64,000 nt of DNA from Candidatus Thorarchaeota archaeon (lineage in GTDB: Archaea; Asgardarchaeota; Thorarchaeia; Thorarchaeales; Thorarchaeaceae): the NCBI GenBank assembly GCA_011364985.1, contig RDOC01000002.1:1-64000 (forward strand). Reading direction: 5' to 3'. Every line of letters begins with the position of its first letter. Position 1 is the first letter of the stretch. A program made the translations under genes and the position numbers. The notes under the pieces were generated by a model. That model did no database searches. It saw only the letters and a program-made list of their open reading frames with translations, and was not told the origin of the DNA. Positions 1 through 9,522 of the stretch are shown in pieces.

Positions 1-271
1 ACCCAAGGCTATCTCTTATTTCCTCAATTGACTGTCCGTCATTCCACCGTTGACCGACACGCCAGCCAATATCTGTGAGTGAATAGCTTGAACCGTGAAA
101 TTCATCAAGAAATCCATACTGGACAAGTTGCTTCAGTTGTTTCTTGAACCCTTTTTTATTTCTGATATGACATAGTCCTGCAATAGAGTCCACTCGACGA
201 TGGCTCTTACCTATGACCTTCTTTCTGAAGAAACAAGCTAGTAGATCAAGGTCATCCTTTTCGAGTGGCAT
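1..271 (-). CDS. small winged-helix-like protein, runs off the window edge
   Basis: Manual translation from ATG at 271: MPLEKDDLDLLACFFRKKVIGKSHRRVDSIAGLCHIRNKKGFKKQLKQLVQYGFLDEFHGSSYSLTDIG; the LxxLxxxGFL...YSLTxxG wing pattern is present. Confidence 0.6.
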   Translation of the reverse strand, partial: MPLEKDDLDLLACFFRKKVIGKSHRRVDSIAGLCHIRNKKGFKKQLKQLVQYGFLDEFHGSSYSLTDIGWRVGQRWNDGQSIEEIRDSLG

Positions 272-400
272 GAAAGGTATATAGCAAATCTGGATTTAAG
301 GATTGCGTTTGTTGTGTGTTATTAACGATATAATTAGTTTTATAAATAGTATCGCAAATAATAGCATACAAATGTAAGATTTATATACATAAATTGTTAC

Positions 401-567
401 AATAAAGCACGCGAACAATCACGCGACAAAACGTGCAAACAAATTGACATAACAAGTGCAAGTAAACACTCTAACAAACACGAGAAAAGGCATGCAATTA
501 ACCATGCATCAAGGTGCACGAATAATTGCATAGTTAATTGTGCAGTTAATGGCACGAAAACAATCGT
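401..567. repeat. degenerate ~12-bp tandem periodic array in an AT-rich intergenic region
   Basis: Consecutive units such as aataaagcacgc, gaacaatcacgc, gacaaaacgtgc, gaaaaggcatgc, aattaaccatgc, gaataattgcat, agttaattgtgc, agttaatggcac. Confidence 0.6.
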
Positions 568-656
568 GACTATCTATATGATTACTTGCATTGTGAATGC
601 CACATTAAAACTACAATGTCAATGCCCGCACAGAATGATTGGAGTACGGATACACG

Positions 657-1346
657 ATGGTAAAGCGAAAGAGAACCTCGGTGGAAGATGCACTTGAAAT
701 CATACTGAAGCAGTTGCCGAAAGACACTCCTTCAACAATAAGCGAAATTGCCAGTGAAACGAATCTCAGCTGGAATGTCGTTGATCGTGCTACAAGTCTT
801 GCTATGGATATGCAAGACTATTTCCACGCCAACAAGATTGAGGTCCTCGGAGGGAGGGGTCGCAAGATCGTGCTTGTGGAGTTGCGGATTGACCTGACCA
901 GACTTCCCAGCAAGGTCAGAGAGTGGTTTATTGATGAGAAGTTCTTCAAGGGGAAGGAGAAAAATCATTGTACTACCGATGAGGCTAGGCAGATCCTTGG
1001 GACCAATACTGAGAACGAAGGCAGAACCAAGTTTGAGAGTGCGGTCCAGTGTGTCATAGATGCTCTTGAGCTTGAGGATGAGCTTTCGATCCTTGAGCTC
1101 TCAAAGCGAATCGAAATCAATCGGAGGACAATAGAGAGAGTTCTGGATTTCTTTCTCAGGTTTCAGGAATATTTCGCCGATTTCTATCTGAAGAAGATTG
1201 AAGGAAGTCTAGTTCTCAGAAATCATCCAGATATCTATGCCTTAGATGAAACAAGGATGATATACATGCTGAAGAAATTATACCTGCCACACCTTAAGGT
1301 GGAGTTGCCCGATGAGAAAGAGAGAACTCTATTTCAGACTGCTTAG
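657..1346 (+). CDS. tandem winged-HTH domain protein
   Basis: Two similar halves (RTSVEDALEIIL..TISEIASETNLSWNVVDR and RTKFESAVQCVI..SILELSKRIEINRRTIER); ATG at 657. Confidence 0.65.
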   Translation: MVKRKRTSVEDALEIILKQLPKDTPSTISEIASETNLSWNVVDRATSLAMDMQDYFHANKIEVLGGRGRKIVLVELRIDLTRLPSKVREWFIDEKFFKGKEKNHCTTDEARQILGTNTENEGRTKFESAVQCVIDALELEDELSILELSKRIEINRRTIERVLDFFLRFQEYFADFYLKKIEGSLVLRNHPDIYALDETRMIYMLKKLYLPHLKVELPDEKERTLFQTA

Positions 1347-1400
1347 GCAAGAATGTCCTATTTGATCTATTTACTTACTCAATGGAACAATGAGAACTAG

Positions 1401-1508
1401 GTGAAGATGGTGTTCGTGAGCGCTGCAGAGGGGGACCTATTTGCGAAGTATATCAACGAGTTCGCCTAGGAGATCCGGAAGATAGGGCCGAATCCAATCA
1501 GATTGTGA
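1401..1508 (+). pseudogene. mvhD: MvhD (hydrogenase iron-sulfur delta subunit) C-terminal fragment, copy 1
   Basis: VKMVFVSAAEGDLFAKYINEFA*EIRKIGPNPIRL* matches the MvhD C-terminus (SA.EG..FA...NEF...I..LGPNP). Confidence 0.8.
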
Positions 1509-1565
1509 TGGGAGAGCCAGAGGAATCTTTATGTGTGCAAGATATTATATTGTACACGATGTATC

Positions 1566-1868
1566 ATGGAGACTGTCACTGCTAGATTACCAGAGGAAAT
1601 GATCAAGAAGCTGGAACTCATTGCAAGAGAGGAACAGATAGACAGGTCTGAGTTGATCAGAAGGGCACTTGATATTGGGATACAGCAGTTTCTTCTAGAA
1701 CGAGCACTCAAGGAGTACAGAGAGCGACGAGTGTCTCTCTGGAAAGCTGCATCCATGGCAGGGCTTCCCTTGAGAACTATGATGAAAGAAGCGGACCGAG
1801 CGATGATTCCTGTAGCATACGACGAGGAAGACTTGGAGCGTGATCTTGCATTTGTCAGGGACCAGTAG
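1566..1868 (+). CDS. UPF0175-family putative antitoxin (RHH plus HTH)
   Basis: METVTARLP..DRSELIRRAL..VSLWKAASMAG; directly upstream of a PIN gene. Confidence 0.8.
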   Translation: METVTARLPEEMIKKLELIAREEQIDRSELIRRALDIGIQQFLLERALKEYRERRVSLWKAASMAGLPLRTMMKEADRAMIPVAYDEEDLERDLAFVRDQ

Positions 1869-1869
1869 A

Positions 1870-2370
1870 GTGGTGAGCAATGCAAGTCCTCTAATCTATC
1901 TCTCAATGGTAGGCAATCTTCGCTTGCTCAATAATTTGTTTAATGAAATTCTTATTCCGGAGGAAGTCTTCAGAGAGGTATGCGGTATGCGGGACACTCC
2001 TGATTCGATTGTGATATCTTCGGCTGTGGATGATGGATGGATACATACCAAGGATGTGGTAAGTAGAGATATTGATTCTCTCGCAAAGAGTTCTGGGATT
2101 GACATTGGAGAAGCGGCAGCAATACTGCTAGCAAAAGAAACAGAAGCTTTGCTTCTCATTGACGATAAGATGGGGAGAACTACAGCTGAGATCCTAGGAG
2201 TCAGGTGTTTGGGCACAGTAGGTGTGCTCCTACGAGCTTTATCTATTTCAATAATAGACCTCAGTGAATATGTAGAGATTCTTGATAGAATGATTGATTC
2301 AGGATTTCGATTGGACTCAAAAGTCTACAGACTAGCAGTACGAATAGCTAAGGATCTTGATGAGAAATAG
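1870..2370 (+). CDS. DUF3368-family PIN-domain putative toxin
   Basis: VVSNASPLI, IPEEVFRE, GEAAAI, LLIDD..GR, GTVGVL motifs. Confidence 0.85.
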   Translation: MVSNASPLIYLSMVGNLRLLNNLFNEILIPEEVFREVCGMRDTPDSIVISSAVDDGWIHTKDVVSRDIDSLAKSSGIDIGEAAAILLAKETEALLLIDDKMGRTTAEILGVRCLGTVGVLLRALSISIIDLSEYVEILDRMIDSGFRLDSKVYRLAVRIAKDLDEK

Positions 2371-2376
2371 TCCTTA

Positions 2377-2623
2377 ATGCAATGCATGTATGCTGCTGCT
2401 GATCTAGCGGGGACCATGAAGCTACAGTACGATGTCACGAGCAGGATCAGCAGAATGCCATTGTACTGCGAGGCTGGATATCAACTTCATTCTGAAGGTG
2501 CTGTAGGAGGGGCGGATGAAGATAGTCTTCGTGAGCGCAGCAGAGGTGGACCTGTTCACAGCTGAGATTAACAAGTTTACTGAGAAGATACGGAAGATTG
2601 AACCGAATCCGATACGGCTTTAG
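2377..2623 (+). pseudogene. mvhD: MvhD pseudogene, copy 2 (frameshift, internal deletion, stop)
   Basis: MQCMYAAADLAGTMKLQYDVTSRISRMP / CTARLDINFILKVL*EGRMKIVFVSAAEVDLFTAEINKFTEKIRKIEPNPIRL*. Confidence 0.85.
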
Positions 2624-3015
2624 TAAGACTCGACATGCAGTCCTTCAAAACGTTCGAAATGCCTCTGATTTCTAGTGACAACCATTTCGTTATGTTGTAA
2701 GGCAATTCCTGCTATCTGTGCATCGATGGGGTCCACAAGTAGCCCCTCCTTCCTCAAACGGCCAAGTTCAATGCCTGCGCGCCATGCTGAAATCGCATCT
2801 AGAGGAAGGACCTGAAAGTCTCCGATAATTGTATCGATGCGATTCTGTTCCTTTTCAGGAAGCTGGGCCAACGAAATACCAACTGCAATCTCCATGACTG
2901 TGGGAGTTGTGAGATATTGCGTGGTTCCATCTCTGGATAGCGCTTCAAGCTTAGCCAAGGCGTCTTTCGATTTCCTCATAATATCGATGATGAAACTTGA
3001 ATCTGCGATCATCAC
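2620..3015 (-). CDS. vapC: VapC-family PIN toxin
   Basis: IADSSFIID, T.MEI, D.IDAQIAGIAL, VVTRN.RHF. Confidence 0.9.
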   Translation of the reverse strand: MMIADSSFIIDIMRKSKDALAKLEALSRDGTTQYLTTPTVMEIAVGISLAQLPEKEQNRIDTIIGDFQVLPLDAISAWRAGIELGRLRKEGLLVDPIDAQIAGIALQHNEMVVTRNQRHFERFEGLHVESY

Positions 3016-3019
3016 TTGT

Positions 3020-3256
3020 TCAACTCATCAGTTCTTCCATGCTTTGGCCCCAGAGTTCACTTCGTTCCTTCCTGAAGTCTTCCAAAGCCTTTGAGAGTTT
3101 GATGGCGGAGTCATCGGAGATAGAGTCTATGAAGTCGCTCAATGTTCGTTTATGTGCAAGTCGTATCACAACCTGACTGAAGCTCTCGTTTTCTCTTTTC
3201 GCCTTTCGTAGGACCTCATAGGCTTCTTCTGAAAGGGAGATCGTCTTATATCCCAT
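3020..3256 (-). CDS. vapB: VapB-family antitoxin (DUF217-like)
   Basis: KTISLSEEAYEVLRKAKRENESFSQVVIRL; directly upstream of vapC. Confidence 0.85.
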   Translation of the reverse strand: MGYKTISLSEEAYEVLRKAKRENESFSQVVIRLAHKRTLSDFIDSISDDSAIKLSKALEDFRKERSELWGQSMEELMS

Positions 3257-3309
3257 CGATTATTCCTCATGTATGTATGTGTATGATGTGAATTTAAGCT
3301 CGTTGCTAA

Positions 3310-3624
3310 GTGAGTTTCATGCAATGCATGTACGACGCTGCGGACCTAGCTGGAACCATGAAGCTACAGTACGATGTCACGAGCAGGATCAGCAGGATGC
3401 CCTGCACCGCGCGATTAGGCCTCAACTTCATCCTGAAGACAGTGCAGAAGAGGGCTGAGAGAAGGATGTGGTTCGCGAGAAAGCTGATTGGCCAGCTGGG
3501 CTTGAACGAGGGGCGAGTCAAGATGATGTTTGTTAGTGCTGCAGAGGGAGACATTTTCGCGGCTGAGATGAACAAGTTCACCAAGTAGATTCGAGAAACA
3601 GGGCTGAATCCAGTAAGATTATGA
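3310..3624 (+). pseudogene. mvhD: MvhD pseudogene, copy 3 (internal deletion, premature stop)
   Basis: FMQCMYDAADLAGTMKLQY..RMPCTARLGLNFILK..KRAERRMWFARKLIGQLGLNEGRVKMMFVSAAEGDIFA..NKFTK*IRETGLNPVRL*; lacks the GADGV..GC..GDCHY segment. Confidence 0.85.
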
Positions 3625-3772
3625 ACCGAATGATTGATTTCCTGTCCTAGTTTGGATAACAATAAACGAGGAACAGATATGGGAAGCGTACTCCATCTCG
3701 TTTCTTATGAGAGTTATTGTTATAGGTAGCCTTGGTTGGGGGATGGTAGGTTTATTTCGTGAAGGGATAAAT

Positions 3773-4219
3773 ATGAATCAGAATGGTGAACGTAAGACTC
3801 TGAAGATAGGTGATCTTTGGCATGAACCTGTTGCCTTCAGAGCATCAGTTGTTAAGGAAGGTAACTGCAGAGCCAACCACAAGAAGGGGCAGGTCTTCGA
3901 ATTTGTTTGGTGTACTCCTAAGGGTATGTGCGGCGAGAGTTTCGTAGGTATGTATCCTGTCCTTCATTCGTTGAGAGTATTGGGTGATATGAGAGAGCTA
4001 GGAAGTCCGCACCGTCACATTCGCGTCTACAACTGTCCTGGAAGGGTCATTCAGTTTGAGATTGAGGCCACATACAGATGCAATCTGTGTGGCAGTGAGC
4101 TACCAATAGAAAACGGCGAAGTGCAATCAAAGAAGCTCGAAAACCCAGAACAGCATCTTTGGGTGCGTGTCTGTTCTGACTGCTCAAAGAAGTATTCCAA
4201 TACCGAGCTTGTTTGGTGA
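3773..4219 (+). CDS. TIGR04076-like Cys-rich protein with C-terminal Zn finger
   Basis: GNC...HKKGQVF..TPKGMC..YNCP..IQFEI plus CNLC/CSDC. Confidence 0.65.
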   Translation: MNQNGERKTLKIGDLWHEPVAFRASVVKEGNCRANHKKGQVFEFVWCTPKGMCGESFVGMYPVLHSLRVLGDMRELGSPHRHIRVYNCPGRVIQFEIEATYRCNLCGSELPIENGEVQSKKLENPEQHLWVRVCSDCSKKYSNTELVW

Positions 4220-4762
4220 CTCTCAGGAAACTCGCAGAACTGACTCTCTCCAAGAATATAACGTCGACAAATTCGACAAGGGGCTTCGGAAGATACACTC
4301 AAAGACAAATCGGTTATAAATCCGATTAACTCATTCGATTTGCTTCCACTTATATTTGATTAGAAGTATGAATGAGCAATTGGTTCTGATACCATGGATT
4401 CTTGATGTGATTATTGACAGAATTCCCAAAGCACCGACTACTACGTATTCTTCAAGGAAAAGAAGAATGCGTGATTGACTCACAGCTGGTGCGAGTTTGT
4501 TCTGTTATGAGGCGTCTTCCGGACAAGATGTGGATGTCTAGCGACTGCAGTCCTTGTTTCTTCAATCATTCTGGTTGGTATGTTTCTCATTCTTCTATTG
4601 CCAATTGTATCGAAACATGCCTCATAGAAGACATTTGAATCTATGCAGTGATTTCAGGACTTATATGGATAGAGAGGCTCTTCAACTGCAGATAGACTCT
4701 GCTGATGGCTTGCATGCCAACGAAACTGCAAAGACAGGTTCAGATTCTGTTAGTATGATGAG

Positions 4763-5197
4763 TCATAACCGTTTTCTCATAGCATAGGCACGGATCTCAA
4801 AACCCAGTTTGTCATACAGATGCTTTGCTGCTTTCGCCTCAATAGGACAGTGGAGAAGAGCAATATCAATACCCTCCGTTTTCAGGGTTCGAAGTAGTTT
4901 GTCAAGCAGTTCTTCACCAATGCCTTGTCTTCGATATGATGTATCGACAGCCAGAAGTTCGATCTGGGCCACCTTGGTTGCAGTCCATCTGCTCAGGACC
5001 TCATCAGGAACCTCTCGTAGATAGGCAAAGACAAATCCAACCAGTTTGCCGTCGATTTCTGCAACGAGAAAACCCTGGGAAAATGACTGTGCTGGTTGAA
5101 AGAACTCCTCAGTGACATCAGAATCGAAGGATGAGTATTTGTTCGCGAGATCAATCACTTGGTTGAGATCTTCGTGTTCAAAGGTACGGATGTTCAT
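4763..5197 (-). CDS. GNAT-family N-acetyltransferase
   Basis: LAVDTSYRRQGIGEELL motif A; AKHLYDKLGF. Confidence 0.9.
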   Translation of the reverse strand: MNIRTFEHEDLNQVIDLANKYSSFDSDVTEEFFQPAQSFSQGFLVAEIDGKLVGFVFAYLREVPDEVLSRWTATKVAQIELLAVDTSYRRQGIGEELLDKLLRTLKTEGIDIALLHCPIEAKAAKHLYDKLGFEIRAYAMRKRL

Positions 5198-5535
5198 GAT
5201 TGAATCGCCTTGCGAATTCGGAGAGCCTATTTTGCCTATAAACTGATGTTCCTGAGCTGTCAGGAGCTTGGAACCGAGCTGCGTTCAGACCCGTCTTCGA
5301 AGAACTAATACCAGCACAGCAATGGCGCGAAAAGCTCTCAAACCGAAAGCGGTTATTGTCAATGGATTGATTCGGAGACTCAGTCGGATCGATCTTAAGA
5401 CAACTGAGCTTTTCCAAGTAGAGTTCACACTGGTGGAATAGGACTCCTAGTTCAATGAGGTGGATAGGATTTCTGCCTGCAACAAAATGTCTTTTATGAA
5501 AGCCGAATCCATTTTAGGCGAAGGGCATACGGGAA

Positions 5536-6393
5536 TTGAGCATTGATAGGAAGAAACAGAGTGTGTCACAAATGACAAAGACACAGAAGGCAAGGTACAC
5601 CCTGAAAGATAGGTTACGAAAGGCGCTCAAAGATAACAGACTATGTAGAATAGCGCTTGATGAATTGGAGAAGGATGTCGAAGTTCAAACACTTCTTGAA
5701 GACTCGAACAGGATGGCAATTGATAGAATGGGATATTCTGACCATGGTCATACTCACTCACTCATTGTAGCAATGAATGGTATCAAGTTGATACAGGCAC
5801 TTAGTCATGGACTTGAACCATCCATTGTGCAAGAAGGCACAGGAGGGCTTGATGACGCGGAACTCGTAGTGTTTCTCGGTTGCTACCTTCACGATATCGG
5901 AATGGTTGTGGCCAGAAACAATCACGATATTTTCACCGTCGTGCTGGCAACACCAATTCTTGACAAGATTCTTGCAAAGATATACCCTGATGATCAGCAC
6001 AGACAGGTACATATCCGAGGCCATGTGCTTCATACCATTTATTCTCATGATATGGCTGCCCCACCATTGACGGTAGAAGCGGGTGTAGTTGGGATTGCTG
6101 ATGCCCTAGATATGACAAAGGGCCGAGCAAGGATACCCTTTGAAGCAGGTAGTGTAAACATTCATTCAGCATCCGCAATGGCAATCGACGAGGTTCGTAT
6201 CCGAAAGGGAGAGAAGAAGACAGTTCGAATCGATGTGATTATGAATAATGCAACAGGGATATTCCAGATACAGGAACTACTGGAGAAGAAGATACGCGGA
6301 GCGCCCAGACTACTTGAACACATAGAATTGTATGCAGTGATGTCTGGGAAGGCAGACAGCATAATTACAACTGAGGAGCTTCAAGTACTTTAG
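5536..6393 (+). CDS. HD-domain phosphohydrolase (COG3294-like)
   Basis: GYSDHGHTH, YLHDIG, IADALDMTKGRAR, NIHS.S. Confidence 0.85.
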   Translation: MSIDRKKQSVSQMTKTQKARYTLKDRLRKALKDNRLCRIALDELEKDVEVQTLLEDSNRMAIDRMGYSDHGHTHSLIVAMNGIKLIQALSHGLEPSIVQEGTGGLDDAELVVFLGCYLHDIGMVVARNNHDIFTVVLATPILDKILAKIYPDDQHRQVHIRGHVLHTIYSHDMAAPPLTVEAGVVGIADALDMTKGRARIPFEAGSVNIHSASAMAIDEVRIRKGEKKTVRIDVIMNNATGIFQIQELLEKKIRGAPRLLEHIELYAVMSGKADSIITTEELQVL

Positions 6394-6539
6394 TCTGCAG
6401 TATCATCCTATGTGTTGAAACCGCTGATTTGAGTTCCGACGATTACGAACACCTATTGTAACGAGACCGTACATATCAGCTAATATATATGTGCGATAGC
6501 GGGCGCTGCGTGCATCATCTACGTCAGAGTGATAACACA

Positions 6540-6977
6540 ATGGAGCTTGATCCAATCGACCACAGAATAATCGGGATGCTTCAGGAAAACGGAAGACGGT
6601 CATATAGCGAAATAGCTGAAAAAGTAAAGCGCACAGAAGTTACCATACGTCGAAGAGTAAAGCGTCTGGTCGATGAAGGGTATATCAAGAAATTCACTGT
6701 CATCTTAGATCCCTTGAAGACAGGTCGCAAAATACGAGCCTTCATCAGGGTCAAGACAGCCATGAAGGAAGCATCTGTTATATCCAAGAGAGTGCATGAC
6801 TTCAAAGAAGTGGATGAGGCCTATTTCTTAGACGGCGCCTGCGGAATTATGCTAAAAGTCACTGTGGATGACCTCCAGAAGCTCAGAGAGTTTCTTGAAG
6901 TACAACTGGGCAAGGTTTCTGGTGTTGGAGAGATAGAGACTTGCATCGTACTTGAGGACATCAAATCGACATCTTAA
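6540..6977 (+). CDS. Lrp/AsnC transcriptional regulator
   Basis: LDPIDHRIIGMLQENGRRSYSEIA..RRVKRLVDEGYIKKF. Confidence 0.92.
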   Translation: MELDPIDHRIIGMLQENGRRSYSEIAEKVKRTEVTIRRRVKRLVDEGYIKKFTVILDPLKTGRKIRAFIRVKTAMKEASVISKRVHDFKEVDEAYFLDGACGIMLKVTVDDLQKLREFLEVQLGKVSGVGEIETCIVLEDIKSTS

Positions 6978-6990
6978 TGGGTGAAATGTC

Positions 6991-7404
6991 ATGCAAAGGG
7001 CGCTATTGATGCAATCATCTCAACTCGAAACGCTTCATGAACATGCGGAAGGCGCTCTTCCATTGGAGGCAGTTGCGTTGCTCTTCGGACAGGTTATGGA
7101 GTCCCAAGTGGAAGTTGCTAGTATAGAGCTGATGGAGAACATGGCCAACTCCTCAACATCCTTTGAGGTGGATCCAGAGAGAGAGTATAGACTGCTAGTT
7201 GACGCTGAAGAGAGAGGACAAGATCTAGTTGGCATCTTTCATTCCCACCCTGCACTTCCAGAACCATCAGCAAGAGACAAAAGAAACATGAAAGTGAATC
7301 CAGTTGTTTGGCTAATTGCATCGAAACTGACAGGAAGATGGGAATGCAATGCTTTTGTATACGAAGATGAGAGAGTTCAAAGAGTGGAAATTGTATTAGG
7401 TTAG
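6991..7404 (+). CDS. JAB1/MPN (M67) metalloprotease
   Basis: E...FHSHP...PSARD JAMM motif intact. Confidence 0.9.
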   Translation: MQRALLMQSSQLETLHEHAEGALPLEAVALLFGQVMESQVEVASIELMENMANSSTSFEVDPEREYRLLVDAEERGQDLVGIFHSHPALPEPSARDKRNMKVNPVVWLIASKLTGRWECNAFVYEDERVQRVEIVLG

Positions 7405-7719
7405 TTCCAACTTCTTCTTCAGCGCCCTAATTGTCCCCGAGATTCTTCTTGGTTCGAAAGAAACGGATGTTGCATCGATCATTCCGATGACTGCTGCGGC
7501 CGCGATGACCTTATGTAGACTCTTTTCAGAGCATTGAAGAATGCCAATTCCAGACTTCTGCTGATATTCGTTAAGATAGAGCTTTGAGTCTGCAACAACC
7601 AGTTCGCCATAGAGGGAGAGAAGCTGTTTTCTAATCTCGGATACTAGCGCTTTCTCAGGAACGGGAGGACCATCTCTGTGGAGCGTAAAGAGAAGATATC
7701 TACGTCGTACGTCTCTCAT
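7396..7719 (-). CDS. rnp2: RNase P protein Pop5/Rpp14
   Basis: RRRYLLF..SLYGE..ISGTIRALK; adjacent to Rpp30. Confidence 0.85.
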   Translation of the reverse strand: MRDVRRRYLLFTLHRDGPPVPEKALVSEIRKQLLSLYGELVVADSKLYLNEYQQKSGIGILQCSEKSLHKVIAAAAVIGMIDATSVSFEPRRISGTIRALKKKLELT

Positions 7720-8411
7720 TTGTTGTCCTCCTCTCTGACCAATTCCATCCCAGGTCCCAGATACTCTGACTGAAACCGCTTGAGATTAGAGGATACTATT
7801 GTGTGGGGATATTCAAAAGCTGCCCTCTTTGCCTCCTTTATGTCCAATCCGAGAAGTAGCCCAATATGGCTTAGAGCCATCGGAGACCGCATGTGAATTG
7901 GCACACTGCAGCCGCTGGAGAGAACAATATGCATTCCTGCATTCACTGCGATTTTGGTATTCTCTCTAAGGCTCTTAAGAAGTCGAGCTCTCACCAATCC
8001 TGTTGTGTGCAGAAGAGGCAAGACAGGCACCTCTAAGGCCGTATGAGAGGCTGCTGCCAGTTTTGCAGTGGTTGGGCGAAGCTTGTATTCATTCAGTGGC
8101 TCTGTTAGAGTCAGTAGGTCAATTCTGGAGTCCTCAGCTGCCCAATTGGCTACTTCTATGCCTCGAAGAGGCAGAGCAACAATGGTTGACTTCATTCGAA
8201 GACGCATAGCGGATCTCTTTACTGCCTTCAGGGAGGTTTCAAGAATTTCAGCACGATTTACTAAGACCGTCTCCCCTTCTGTGCCATTCAAGTAGGGCGC
8301 CTTAGTTCCCATAGCTGCAATGCCTACGAACCCCAACTTCTTTGCCATCGATAGAAAATGGGAAATGTCTACTTCACTTGGAACTCGTACATTGAGGTCT
8401 ATCGCCATCAA
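7716..8411 (-). CDS. rnp3: RNase P protein Rpp30
   Basis: RIDLL, ALEV, VLSSG....MRSP; conserved gene order. Confidence 0.85.
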   Translation of the reverse strand: MMAIDLNVRVPSEVDISHFLSMAKKLGFVGIAAMGTKAPYLNGTEGETVLVNRAEILETSLKAVKRSAMRLRMKSTIVALPLRGIEVANWAAEDSRIDLLTLTEPLNEYKLRPTTAKLAAASHTALEVPVLPLLHTTGLVRARLLKSLRENTKIAVNAGMHIVLSSGCSVPIHMRSPMALSHIGLLLGLDIKEAKRAAFEYPHTIVSSNLKRFQSEYLGPGMELVREEDNK

Positions 8412-8875
8412 TTGTGCCCTCCAGCATTTTCAAGCCGGTCAATAATGAATTTGGCCGCGTCATCATATTTGCATCGAGGAAGCTGCTGCAAATGAACTCG
8501 TAGGCTAATTACATCAGGTCCAATTGCTAACTTCAGTCTTTCTAGAAAGGCCTCTTGCTTTTCTAATCGAAGATAGAATATACATTGATCATCTATTCTT
8601 GATTCGATAGTCCGGGATAGAGTCCTCTTATCAGGCATGGACAAAGTGTTCATGATGCTTTCAAATGCATTGATACATGCTTTTTCGCCTTCCAGTACTG
8701 CGATGACAACGAACATGAGAATGCCGCTGTGAGTCTCTACCTTAGTCCAAGTTGTTTCCAGTTGATCATGATATATTTCCGGGAATACGTTGGTCACTGC
8801 GGCAAGTACTCTATCAGGAACCTCGGTAGCCCGAACATGAGCACGTGCTTCAATTCTTCTGACGGCCATCATCAT
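8408..8875 (-). CDS. putative RNA-binding protein (DUF54-like, exosome superoperon)
   Basis: HVRATE..RV..A, FYLRLEKQEA; lies between rpl15e and rnp3. Confidence 0.75.
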   Translation of the reverse strand: MMMAVRRIEARAHVRATEVPDRVLAAVTNVFPEIYHDQLETTWTKVETHSGILMFVVIAVLEGEKACINAFESIMNTLSMPDKRTLSRTIESRIDDQCIFYLRLEKQEAFLERLKLAIGPDVISLRVHLQQLPRCKYDDAAKFIIDRLENAGGHN

Positions 8876-8900
8876 GAGTACCCCTTACAGGGGCTGCTAA

Positions 8901-9482
8901 CTATTTGGCTAGATTCCCCTTGGCTCCAAGAGAGGGACGCACCTTCTCTGCTCCACGTCCTTTCTTCCTTAGGCCTCGGCTTCGTTTCCCAGCTGATGTA
9001 AGGCCACGATTCTCTCGTCCCTGTTGAATTGCATCACAAATCCAATTGATCGCAGGATCGTTGTAAATCACTGGATGATTGGGATCAACAAGAATTACTT
9101 CATGGAACAGCCATCTGTGGTCCGACCCCACCCAATAGGAGTTTAGTACTCTGAGATTTGGATACTTAGTTGCTGCACGCTCTTCCGCAATCCATCTGCG
9201 TGATTTTTGAGGTGTGTACTTGGTCACACCCAGGCTCCTTGGTTTTCTACCCATTCGGGGCCGTGGTTTTTCACGAGGACCACGCCCTGTTTTGACTCTA
9301 ACTACAATGTAGCCTTGTTTGGCTTTATAACCAAGGAAGCGAGCTCTACCCAGTCGAGTGGGTTTCTCCAATCTGACAATACTACCTTGCTTTCTCCAGA
9401 CAATGAGCCGACTCCTCACGAGATCGGAACGTTGCTTCTGTTCCTTAATCCAGCTCTCATTCATGTGCTTGTACGCAGACAT
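8901..9482 (-). CDS. rpl15e: 50S ribosomal protein L15e
   Basis: PTRL.RAR.LGYKAKQG, VLNSYWV, RGLTSAG. Confidence 0.97.
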   Translation of the reverse strand: MSAYKHMNESWIKEQKQRSDLVRSRLIVWRKQGSIVRLEKPTRLGRARFLGYKAKQGYIVVRVKTGRGPREKPRPRMGRKPRSLGVTKYTPQKSRRWIAEERAATKYPNLRVLNSYWVGSDHRWLFHEVILVDPNHPVIYNDPAINWICDAIQQGRENRGLTSAGKRSRGLRKKGRGAEKVRPSLGAKGNLAK

Positions 9483-9522
9483 CGATTATACCATCCTTTG
9501 CAGTTACAAGTTCGCTTTGTTT

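Noticed and set aside
401-567. CRISPR array or coding repeat
   Set aside because: Units are 12 bp, degenerate and unspaced; the one open frame has no start codon ahead of the array.
1401-3624. Selenocysteine or pyrrolysine read-through of the mvhD in-frame stops
   Set aside because: The stops are TAG rather than TGA and fall at non-Cys positions. The copies also carry frameshifts or deletions, and many intact genes in the window end in TAG.
1350-3700. Classical integron (attC sites) explaining the TA cassette array
   Set aside because: No attC-like inverted repeats or integrase seen in the window; the spacers translate as MvhD.
4220-5530. Short ORFs flanking the GNAT gene
   Set aside because: No recognisable motifs; probably decayed sequence.
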